Shown: one piece after another, positions 41,279 through 52,354 of the stretch
Layout of the letters: each line of letters starts with the position of its first letter
How positions within the stretch are numbered: position 1 is the first letter of the stretch
Assembly: GCA_951406725.2 (NCBI GenBank)
Contig: OX597830.1
Location: 2,232,001 to 2,296,000 of the forward strand
Source of the DNA: Octopus vulgaris
Lineage: Eukaryota
Length of the DNA stretch: 64,000 nucleotides
Direction of reading: 5' to 3'
Notes under the pieces: generated by a model
Database searches by the model: none
Seen by the model: only the letters and a program-made list of their open reading frames with translations
What the model was told of the DNA's origin: nothing
Program-made: the position numbers and the translations under genes

Positions 41279-41601
41279 ATAAATTATTAGAGAGTTATCC
41301 ACTATGTGGACAACTCTAGTGCTAAAAATAGCTCCGAAGCAACCACAGAAGATCAGTTTCCAACTAGAATCAACATACATTTAACGGAAGGAAAGTGAAA
41401 TACAACGAATAAAATAGATTGACTCTATACAATTGCATGAGTCAATCTATTGTATAGAGTCAATCTATTTTATTCGTTGTATTTCACTTTCCTTCCGTTA
41501 AATGTATGTTGATTCTAGTTCGAAACTGATTTTCTGTGGTTGCTTGAGCTATTTTTAGCACTAGAGTTGTCCACATAGTGGATAACTCTCTAATAATTTA
41601 T
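41279..41601. repeat. Long inverted repeat: arms 41279-41433 and 41449-41601, 15-bp spacer
   Basis: Arms are reverse complements apart from 2 substitutions and a 2-nt indel. Confidence 0.95.
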
Positions 41602-41701
41602 GTATAAATTTGTATTTTCTCCGTAGTTTTTTGTGCTAAGCCACTTGGTGTTAAATTAATGGTATTATTAAATTAATATCGATTTTTCACCCTCATTTAT
41701 A

Positions 41702-41765
<64 letters not shown>

Positions 41766-41792
41766 TTTATTTAAAGCAGCAGAAAATTCAAC

Positions 41793-41839
41793 AAAACCCG
41801 TTACTCTGAGTTTCCCCTTGACGTTCGTCGGACGGTTTT
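41793..41839 (-). ncRNA. Type I hammerhead motif (variant core CCGACGA)
   Basis: Minus strand aaaaccgt-CCGACGA-acgtcaaggg-GAAA-ctcagag-TA-acgggtttt; stem II poorly paired. Confidence 0.6.
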
Positions 41840-41888
41840 TGCTAGAAAATAATATGTAAAATAATATGTGACAATTATTGAATAGCCA

Positions 41889-41951
41889 AGATAAAACTCT
41901 GAGTTTCGGATGCCGAGGTGGAAATCCACAACACCATCTCTTCGGTTATCT
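41889..41951 (-). ncRNA. Type I hammerhead motif, left arm (variant core CCGAAGA)
   Basis: Minus strand agataa-CCGAAGA-gatg..catcc-GAAA-ctcagag-TT-ttatct; perfect 6-bp stem I. Confidence 0.65.
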
Positions 41952-41962
41952 GGCAATCTCAG

Positions 41963-42025
41963 AGATAACTGAAGAGATGGTGTTGTGGATTTCCACTTCG
42001 GCATCCGAAACTCAGAGTTTTTTCT
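41963..42025 (+). ncRNA. Type I hammerhead motif, right arm (intact core)
   Basis: agataa-CTGAAGA-gatg[gtgttgtggatttccacttcgg]catcc-GAAA-ctcagag-TT-ttttct; stem I has one mismatch. Confidence 0.7.
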
Positions 42026-42231
42026 TGACTATTGAATAATTGTAACATATTATTTTAAAGTTAAATTTCCTCTATTTACATAATATTGAGGTCTCTTTCT
42101 TTCTTTTGTTATCTTACCGTTTTTGCCAATATATATATATATGTGAGTGTTTGTATATATGTGCATGTGTGTGTACCTGTGTGTGTGCCTGTGTGTGTTT
42201 ATATATGTACATAAATATATATATAAACACA

Positions 42232-42385
42232 CATCATCATCATCATCGTTTAACGTCTGTTTTCCAAGCTAGCATGGGCTGGACGGTTCGACTGGGGTCT
42301 GGGAAGCCAGGAGGCTGCACCAGGCTCCAGTCTGATCTGGCATAGTTTCTACTGCTGGATGCCCTTCCTAATGCCAACCACTCCA
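42232..42385 (-). mobile_element. SINE family B
   Basis: (CAT)n-CGTTTAACGTCTGTTTTCCAAGCTAGCATGGG..CTGGATGCCCTTCCTAATGCCAACCACTCC. Confidence 0.85.
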
Positions 42386-42420
42386 TGTATATGTATATGT
42401 ATATGAATAGATGTGTGTGC

Positions 42421-42471
<51 letters not shown>

Positions 42472-42932
42472 GGTGGGTGAGTGTATTTACATGGAGCACA
42501 AAAATACAGAATAAAAGAAAACATATATAAAGAAATTATATCAACAGCTGTTTCATGAAGCCAAGATTTATGTAATAATCATAATTTGCAGGTGATACAT
42601 GCATAAAACCACAAGTATGCTGCTGGTGACCAGCCTGATGAAGTTATTACTGTAAGTCTGACTCGCCTTTACAAGAGAAGATTAGCAAATGTGAGTCAGT
42701 TAGTAGTGCTTGCAAATACAAAAGGTTGCAGGGAGAGATGAAGCAGACTGAAAGAGGGAGAAGAGGAGAGATAGTTAAAAGGTAAGATAAGGAGTAGAAG
42801 AACAGCCCCAAACACAAGATGAAATGAACAGAGAAAGAAAAGACAACAAAAGCCAGCCTGCTGAAAGCAATGTGATCGACTAGGCCCCTGCCCAAAATGT
42901 CAGGCCTTGTGCCTTTAATAGAAAGGATCATT

Positions 42933-42967
<35 letters not shown>

Positions 42968-42996
42968 TATCATTATTATTATTATTATATACAAAC

Positions 42997-43476
42997 TCAC
43001 AGCTTATCCTGCTGGGTATGATGGAAAGTGTCAGCTGTCTGGGGTATATGTACTTGTTTACACTTGTTTACTGGATATGCTTCAAGAACCCTGCAAAGAA
43101 TTCTTGCAGTTCCAAGCAATGCTGATTTTTGTAGGTGTTCTACCTTCACACTTGCACCGATCTTTTGCAGCCATGTTGGTAGTTGAGGGCTAATACTTCC
43201 AAGTGCACCATTTACTATTGCTATCACGTCTACTCTCTTCATTGACCACCAGTCTTCGTATTTATTTTTTCTTCTTCTTTCTCTTTGATCCTGTTGTCAC
43301 CAGAACATGCTCTGTTGATTATCATGCATGTTCTCTCTCTTTTATTAACCACAACAATGTCCGGTTTCCGATGTTTAGTCAGGTGATCACACTGGATCAT
43401 TGCATCCCACAGGATTTTGCAATTCTCATTTTCGGTGACACCTTCTGGGGTTTGCTGATACCACATCTTTGCTCTT

Positions 43477-43508
<32 letters not shown>

Positions 43509-44000
43509 TGTAGTAGTAGTAGTAGTAGATTGTCGCACAGTGTCAATGGAAATGTACCAGAGTATTTAGTCATCTGTCAAAACATGACAAGGGCCTCAGG
43601 TTGATGATGCTCTCCTTAAAATCCGAGCAGTCCCTTGCAAGATTGATGTTCATATGGCACCAATCTTGTAAAGTATTCCCGAAATGCTTTGAGAAGTTTA
43701 AAAGCTTCATTGGGATTTTGCTATTATTATCAGATTTGACTCAGGTTTGTGTTTATTTCTGGTAGAATTTATGTGGGTTGTGGGTTACCACCTGTAACCT
43801 TAGGTATCCACTGCTTTCAGCAGTCTTTCAAGTGCTTAGAATCGTCCTGATAATCTTTCCTGTCCGTAACAGGCAGACTTTCTGTAGAAGATCTACAAGA
43901 CTTTCTATTCCAATCTCCTTCAACCATTTGTCGGCAGAATATTTTTGCCTACAGTTTTCAAAGCACCAATTATTAACGACAAAACTTTTATAATTTTCAT
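42997..44000 (-). pseudogene. Degenerate R4/Dong-like fragments interrupted by (TAA)n
   Basis: KMWYQQTPEGVTENENCKILWD..RKPDIVVV, IVNGALG..HLQKSALLGTARIL; a further RLE-end-like remnant at ~43840-43990. Confidence 0.8.
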
Positions 44001-44051
44001 TTTCCAAATTCGTGCAATTTCAAATTCTAAGTGATTCTTTTATTCGTGTTT

Positions 44052-44283
44052 CTTTTATTCTTTTACTTGTTTCAGTCATTTGACTGCAGCCATGCTGGAG
44101 CACTGCCTTTAGTCTAGCAAATCAACCCCAGGACTTATTCTTTGTAAGCCTAGTACTTATTCTATTGACCTCTTTTGCTGAACCATGGGGATATAAACAC
44201 ACCAGCATCAGTTGCCAAGCGATGTTGGGCAAACAAACACAGACACACAAACACTCAGACACACAAACACTCAGACACACACT

Positions 44284-44322
<39 letters not shown>

Positions 44323-44331
44323 ACACATACA

Positions 44332-44370
<39 letters not shown>

Positions 44371-44505
44371 GACAGGCTTCTTTTAGTTTCTGTCTATAAA
44401 ATCCATTCACAAGGCTTTGGTTGGCCCGAAGCTCTAGTAGAAGAAACTTGCCCAAGGTGCCACACAGTGGGACTGAACTCAGAGCCATATGATTGGTAAG
44501 CATCT
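44052..44505 (-). mobile_element. SINE family C, near full length, internal (TG)n, CR1/L2-like 3' tail
   Basis: B-box GAGTTCAGTCCC, body CACCTTGGGCAAG, tail GGCAGTGCTCCAGCATGGCTGCAGTCAAATGACTGAAACAAGTAAAAG. Confidence 0.85.
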
Positions 44506-45264
44506 TCTGTCTTTATGATGCTGCAATCAAATGGATGTGATGGATCAATTAGTAGACATCTTTGCTATTCTTTGTCTCTTATTGTTATTTCTGGTTTTAT
44601 TATTTTCTACTTTCTTGGATGTTTGAATTCCTACAGAATTTTACAATTCTCCAACTCCAGAACTCTTTCGAGCCAATCTTCATATCATGTGGCTCCAGCT
44701 TCAAATCCCCATTTCTGGCAAAGCTTCCTGTTTAAGACTTTCACTCTTTGGTCATGCCTCCATTTCTTACATTCTTCTGGAGCCAACTTGAGACATTCTG
44801 CAACAATATATGTGATTATTATCATCATCATCATCATCATCATCATCATTATTATTATTATTATAAGTAGTAGTAGTCGTAGTAGTAGTAGCAGCAGCAG
44901 CAGAAAGAAGTGGAAGAAGAGGAGGAGAGCAGTAGCAGTTTTATGTCATTTCTCGTCAATAAATTTTTTTAATCAATCATTTTGTTTAATTTGTTTATTG
45001 CATCTTTTTCTTTATTTACTTTTGTACTTTCTTTTAATTATCATTAGTCACCATTAATCACCATTCATCATCATCATCATTAGTGACAGTGATGACATCC
45101 GCTGTGACTCGAATCAAGAGCAGTCACACGCTTTGGTCACAGATGCTTGTGTTATATAAAAACAAAAAAAAAAGACCGAATAAACCAGAGTGAAAGGAAA
45201 TCACTACTGGCAGGTCTCTATCCAGCACTTGCCATTTCACAAAACTCTCGTTAATACCTAGAAC

Positions 45265-45657
45265 TCTTATAGCACACTGTACAAAATGCTTAGCAGCATT
45301 TTGCTTGTTCTGAGTTCTGAGTTCAAATTCCACCAAGGCTGACATTACCTTTTGTTTTTTGGGTTGAAAAAATAAGTACCAGTTGGGCAGTAGGGTTGAT
45401 GCAATTCCCTTGCCCCTTGTGCCAAAGTTTGAAACCAATATCACAAACTTTTTTACGGTAGCAGCCTGTCAGACTAAAGGATTCATGGGACATTTTTTCC
45501 GGTTCTTCATTCTGACTTCAAAATTCCACCAAATGCAGCTTTACCTTCCATCATTTCAGGGTCAATAAAATAAGTACCAGCTAAAAACTAGGGTCGATGT
45601 AACTGACTTGCCCCTCCCCTCAAATTACTGGCCTTGTGCCAAAATTTGAAAGCAATA
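45265..45657 (+). mobile_element. Two tandem SINE family A copies
   Basis: GAGTTCAAATTCCACC..AAGTACCAG..CCTTGTGCCAAA.TTTGAAA occurs twice. Confidence 0.75.
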
Positions 45658-47195
45658 ACTTTATCTCTTGTTGCCTTACCAACCAAACACTTTACTGTAA
45701 ACCTAGAGCAAATAACTCTGCCTCCATCTGCTGCCTATTTACATATTAATGAAGTAAGCGATTTATAATTAAATCTAACTTTTGTTACAGTCACAGAGCA
45801 ACAATAGTAGTGACGGACTGACACACTAGACAGCTGTAGTTTGGTTTCGTAGTCTCGATTATGTTAATATTTCTAATGATATCAATTGATTTTTTATAGT
45901 TGTTCTTGCTTCACTTGAACATAATGATGCCTTTATATAAATATTCTAATTTTAATTGAAATTAAGCAGCCTCATCATGAAATTAAAAATCGTTTGTTGG
46001 GTGGGGTGGGGTGGGGTGAGTCTGGTCTGTATGGCCAAAGTTCAATTTTTAATTTTCTTTGGCTTATCGTGCTGAAGTTTTGCCCAAGTAAGTTTGAAAA
46101 GTTGGTAAATTACCATAGATTTTGTGAATATTGTTAATTCTGTGGATCATCTGGATTAATAGCAATAGCTAAGAGGAGAAAGCTTAGAATAGAAACAGAT
46201 GATTACCTTATTAATAATGTAATATCTACCTTGAGGTTAACGAGTGATATATTCCAGTAATAACAGCAAACACCTTGCATAGATACGACAAGCCAAACAT
46301 TAAGAAATGTTTTGCTGTAATTGTGATACTTTTTATATTTTAAAGATATTTGCCAGTATACATTGGTCAAGTGCCAGAGGTCATCTTTCAGGGGAATCGG
46401 TCACTTAATTTTGATGTTATTAACACAAATATTTCTTGTACAATGATCTAAGTATAATGCCAATTGCCAAAATTACAGATTCGATATTTTGGTCTTGCGC
46501 CGAGTGAAATTTATTTCTGTACTATTATAAATTAAAGGATACTATCAGCCCTGATAATTGCAGCTATAATGAACAGCCGCTATTTAATGTAGAAAGTCTC
46601 TCCCTTATATGGCTGGTGTTGTGATGAAATATAACTCTATAATATTTACTATTGATTTATTACACAGGCACACGGACTCCAGTGCTATTTAACGTGGAGA
46701 ATCTTTCGTCTTCAATTTTCTGCAGTAAAATGCAAGAATCTAAAATGGCTGCTAGACATACAATAATGACTATGTAGATACAATATTTATGAGAGGGAAA
46801 TAAGCATATAAATCGCATGTGTACACATGTCATGCATGAATTACTGCTGTAAATTACTGAAAGTGTTCAGACATTTAATATATGTTGATAAATACTGTAG
46901 AAATGTGATATTTGCCTGCAGTAGCCATTATTGGTGTTAAAGAATTTGGTATTGATTGATTCTATCTGCAGTGTCTCAATTATAATGACTCCTTCTCAGT
47001 GCAGTTGAAGAATTCACTTGCAGACACAGCATGACGATACTTTCTTTGCATAAACTACTAATGATTCCAGTTACCATGTTATTACACACGCAATTCTATA
47101 ACATTAATTCCATACATTTTTGCTTTCTCTGTCTCAATGCTAAACTTCTCTCACCACTACATTGCCCATAGCAGTCCATCTAACTGTCCATCTAA

Positions 47196-47621
<426 letters not shown>

Positions 47622-48031
47622 CGATCGATAGTGTTCATTGTTGGATCGGCTCGTAAGTCAATCGCCTTTTTTATTGTTTTTTGCTAAAGTTTCGTTTCAA
47701 ATTTTCACGCACGGAGTGAGTAAGACACCCAGTTTTCACCTGGGTGTGTTTTCCGGGGGGGGGGGGGGATTTTGCCCCTAGGGGCAAATTCAGCCTTGAT
47801 TAGATATCAAAAATTTTGCTTCTATAGCTTGTTTTTACATAACGTCGCCGAAGCGTTCCTCATAACGCATAGACGCTGTTCTCTCTCTCTCTGTTGCATC
47901 CATTTGTTTACGTTTTACATTTTCGGAGTTTTCAACTTTTCAAACGCCCAACTTTCGCTTGGGTGTTTTTTAAATGTAGACTTCGCCCCTAGGGGCATTT
48001 TCATCAATTGATTTTTATTTCTCGCTAAAAA

Positions 48032-49942
48032 ATGTCGAGAAATCTTATCGTAGAGCAGTAATCTGCGATTTTTTCTAAGGAGGATTTTCCTGCTTTGGGA
48101 AAGACAGTCAACAAAGACGCTGCCACAAAGAATGATAAAACAGTAATCAACACCTCCACCACCAACACCAAAACTACCACATCTACAACCTCCACTGACA
48201 CAACAACAACAAGAATAAGAACAACATAAATGAAGTAAATATAAATGTCGATGATGTTTCGCAAGATTTGATTATCTCACCTATTAATGGTGAAGATAAT
48301 ATTAACAAGACAAAAGTAACAGTTCCTGAAAAAGCTACAAACACTACAGCAACCAACAATAATTCTGATCCAAAACAACAAAAACACACAACGACAACAA
48401 CTGCCAGAAGAGAACTGTGAATTTCGCTGACACGCTGCGTCAAAAAAAAGAAATTGTACATTTCACAAATGAAGAGTTGGTGGAGACACGTTCACTCTTC
48501 ACAACTTCAGGACAAAATTTAATTCTGTACACACCACAGCATGTGAAAGAAGATGTGGAGAAGAGAACAATTTTGTATAGAATTATGTAAAAAAGAATCA
48601 AAAAAAACAGAACAGGTAACAAAAGCAGACATTGAAAAATGTGCCAAACACATTATGAAAATCAAACAATACATAAACTGGGGTCCCCAATTTAATACAG
48701 TGCTGGTCCGCTTCCATAATCAGGAAGAGGCAAAAGCTCACTCTACGGAGACATTACAAGATGAAGAACTCGTCATGGTCCCATACTACATGGGACAAAG
48801 AGTGAGTAAGATAAAAATAAAAAATGTTCCGCCCGAAATCCAACCCAAATGGATAACATCGGTGATATGTTATCATTTAAAATCAATTAACATTTTAGAA
48901 GTCGCCGTTGTAAAAAATGATAATTGGAGTGGGAAATCAACAGAAGTCAAAATCCAAATAGAGGAGAGCTCAATTCAAAAGTTACCCGATATTATATATT
49001 TGAAAAATGGCCAAAGCCTGTAAGTGGTGGCGGAGGGTAAAAAAGCACGATGTTACCGCCGTGGCAGCCCAGACCACTTAATCGCAAAGTGCGTTTATGG
49101 ACAGAAAAAACAAGAAAAAACAAACCAGAAAACAAATACAAAACAACCTCTTCTACCAACACCACCAAACCCACAACTGATACAAGAATTATATAGAAAT
49201 ATGGAACAACGCCAAGAACAACAACAAACTAGCAAACAAACCCCAACAACATCACCAAGAAAAGAAACAGCACCATCACAATTACCACTGACGTCGCAAC
49301 CAAATAAAGAAGCAAAACCACAACCAACATCAAAAGACAGACCAACACCAGCACCAAGGACGACAACTAAGAAAACAGATAACAGTGACGAGAAGACAAA
49401 TTCTACCTCTAACACCACAACAACACAAACACTTTCTACAAACATACATATTAACGCAAATGCTTTGCCTTTACCCCATTCTGATTCGTCAGACTCTTCG
49501 TCTAACGACGAAAGTTCGACGGAATGGCAAATAGCCACAGGGGGTAAAAGGAAAAAATCAAAAAAGCCCACCAAACAAGCAAGTAAAGCAGGGAGATATT
49601 TAACTCCTGACAGCCTCTTAGACAATCAACCATCAACGACCCCGCTAAACCACACTCACATCTAACAGCAATAGACACGGACAATAAAAACTAATGGAAT
49701 ACATTGCATCTTACACAAACATTTGTGAAGATGACTTTAAAGTAGATAATCATCCAGGAACTACACCACCGACATACATAAAAATTGTACACATCACACA
49801 AACACAGCACCACACACTCACAACCGTCTTTCCAAATGCAGTCGGGGGGTTTCAAAAGTACTTGTCTAAAAAACTTTACAAACACCTCCTCAAAGACATT
49901 TCAAAAGAAGAAAAAACTCAAACTTTCGAAATGAGTAAGTGA
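48032..49942 (+). pseudogene. Tx1-like ORF1 (gag-like, CCHC knuckle), disrupted
   Basis: ATG at 48032; pieces 48553-49023, 49024-49665, 49694-49942; knuckle CYRRGSPDHLIAKC (one Cys to Arg); T/Q/P-rich linker. Confidence 0.75.
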
Positions 49943-50001
49943 CCTTCCCTCTTGCCTCTTTCAATGTAGCGTGTGAAACACAAATTTCTTAAACATCAAT
50001 T

Positions 50002-52038
50002 ATGCTTAAATTAGGTTGTGTGAATGTGCGTGGCTTGGCGTCGGCTTGGAAGCAAGGTTACCTTCTAAACGACATCAAGTCACTGAACTGATAATAGCTA
50101 TCAGTGAAACCAGACTCAGCAAGCCGCGGGCCCTCGCGTCCATGTTTGGCGGTCAATTCGACATTTATTTTTCTCCCTGTCTGCCGAACATGGGTGGTGG
50201 GAGTACCGCGGTGCTTTTTCGAAAGAGTCTAAATGTAAAAGTAAGAACAATATTCTAGACCCGGAGGGTAGGCTGGTTGTCTTGGACGTGGATGGCAGAA
50301 ATGGGTTTGCATTCCGTCTGATGGCAGTTTATGCACAGTCCTTAACGGGTCGGGCAGATTTCTTCAGACGTCTAGAGGTTTTCCTGGGTACGTCTAGACC
50401 TTTACTGTTAGTAGGGGATTGGAACGCTACCTTGGACACGCATCTGGACTATGTGGGAATGGATAGGAATAGAAGGGGGTGTAAGTGCCTCAAAGACCTG
50501 CTCAGACGTTTCCATTTGTCTGACAAGTTCCGACTCGACCATCCCAATGTGCCAACGTGGACTTGGTCAAACCGCGTCGGATCGTCGAGAACTTATCTAG
50601 ATAGAATTCTATGCATGACAGAGGATAGGGATAGTGTAGGATGTCCACAATTTAAAATAGTCAGCTACACAGATCACAAATTTGTGACGTGTACGCTCGA
50701 CTTAGATAAAACACATAGACAGGATCCCGGTTACTGGAAACTGAACACATCGCTCTTAGCGCGACAGGTTTACAGGAACCGGATTAGCGAGTTAATTAAG
50801 AGGGCGTTGATGGGAGCCATCGTTAACAACCGCTGGTGGTTCGCCCTGAAAATGGCAATAAAATCGGAATCAATTAGGTTTAGCAAGGAATTAGCGATAG
50901 ATCGAAATAGAGTAGAGGGAGAATTGGTTAAGAAACTAGAAGAGGCACTTACTACTGGCAGCGTAGCCAACGTGCTGGCTGCGAGGATGACACTCGACCA
51001 ACATCTCAACGCCAAACACGAAGGTTGCGTCGTCAGAGCTAAAATGCGTGCCTTAAGGAACGAAGAGATCGAAGCTGCACGAGAGGCCCGGGTAGCGGAG
51101 GCGCAACGTGGCAACAGAGCCACCATTCGGTCTCTAATAGATCAACAGGGATGCAGTTTACTCGAACCCGAAAGGATGTGTGAAGCCTTTCAACAGCACT
51201 TTGCTCGACTGTTTGGTGCGAGTGGTGGGTAGGAACGCGGAATGGATTTCAGTGCCTACCTGACCGACCTGCCGCGGCTCTCGGCAAGGGAAGCGGAGTG
51301 TTGTGAAAATCCCATCACCGCCGCCGACGTGCGGGATGCGAAGGCGAGCTGTGCGAGGGATAAGTCGTCTGGATTGGATGGTCTACTCTACGAGCTGTAT
51401 TGTCAAATGCCAGACTTGTTTGGCGACCTCTTGGCATCAGTCTACTGCAACTGGCAACAAAACGGGAGAATCCCCGGTTTCGTGAGCCGAGGTGCTGAAG
51501 AAAGACCCAAACAAGGGGAATTTTATAGATAATTTCAGGCCCATCACTCTGCTCAACGCAGATTTGAAAATTTTGGCCAAAGTAATAGCCGAGAGGTTGG
51601 CGATTGTCATTGGTAAACTGGTCGACAGGGCGCAAACATGCGCCGTGCCGGGCAGAACCATACATGAAAACCTCCATCTGATGCGCTATATCGTGGACAG
51701 GGTAGTTAAGGATCCTGGCATAGGTGGGGCGCTGATCAATTTGGATCAGTGTAAAGCCTTCGATAGGGTCGACCATCGGTACTTGGTGGCCGTCCTCAGG
51801 GTGGCTGGCTTCGGTCCCGTCTTCCGCGGTTGGATCGCTGCCTTGTATAGCGGCATCCGATCGGTAGTTCGGGTGAACGGTCACCTGTCGAAACCGTTTG
51901 ACATCACGCGTTCGGTCCGTCACGGATGTCTCCTGTCGGTGCTTCTGTATGTATTGACTCTCGAGCTGCTACTGCGGAAGCTGGCGACACTGAGGGGCAT
52001 CCCACGGGAACTGGGTTGCGGGACGAGCGTGTCGGCAT
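50002..52038 (+). pseudogene. Tx1-like ORF2, 5' part (APE + RT up to YADD)
   Basis: Starts MLKLGCVNVRGL; ends ..GCGTSVSA at the LTR insertion. Confidence 0.9.
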
Positions 52039-52276
52039 TGTTATGTAATCATCACAACAAACATGAACAATCAACGTTGCCCATTGTCTCCCTTGATACA
52101 AGGACATTCAGTAAGTTTCCCGCCACAACAAATACCTTGTACAACAACGGCAGTCTAATAAAGTATCTCGTATCGTTAACACGTTTTTTCAGTCTCTCTC
52201 ATTTTCTTAATCTTTCATACTAAGTACTCACTACTTCCTTTAATACTCAATATATTATATTTATATAACAACAACA
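52039..52276 (+). repeat. 5' LTR (238 bp)
   Basis: TGTTATG...ACAACA, contains AATAAA; last 140 bp repeated at 55826-55965. Confidence 0.93.
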
Positions 52277-52287
52277 TGGTGTCAGAA
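52277..52287 (+). promoter_or_regulatory. Primer binding site, tRNA-Leu type
   Basis: TGGTGTCAGAA immediately after the LTR; complementary to the tRNA-Leu 3' end ..UUCUGACACCA. Confidence 0.8.
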
Positions 52288-52354
52288 TACTAAAAGAACC
52301 CAAAATACAGAAACCAAAAGAAAAAAGAAGTTGAAATCATACTTCAAAGACGAA

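Larger units (their letters stand above)
41857..42057. repeat. Inverted repeat: 95-bp arms (41857-41951 and 41963-42057), 11-bp spacer
   Basis: Arms are near-perfect reverse complements. Confidence 0.95.

Noticed and set aside
42535-42600. GAAACAGCTGTT hammerhead half on the minus strand
   Set aside because: No intact CTGANGA box at a suitable distance.
45700-47130. Unique-looking non-repeat region with a short imperfect direct repeat (GCTATTTAA.GT.GA.A.TCT at ~46579 and ~46684)
   Set aside because: No ORF, TIR or recognisable family; too weak to call.
49095-51923. Antisense ORFs over the Tx1 element (176 aa, 118 aa, 202 aa)
   Set aside because: Shadow frames of biased coding sequence; no motifs.
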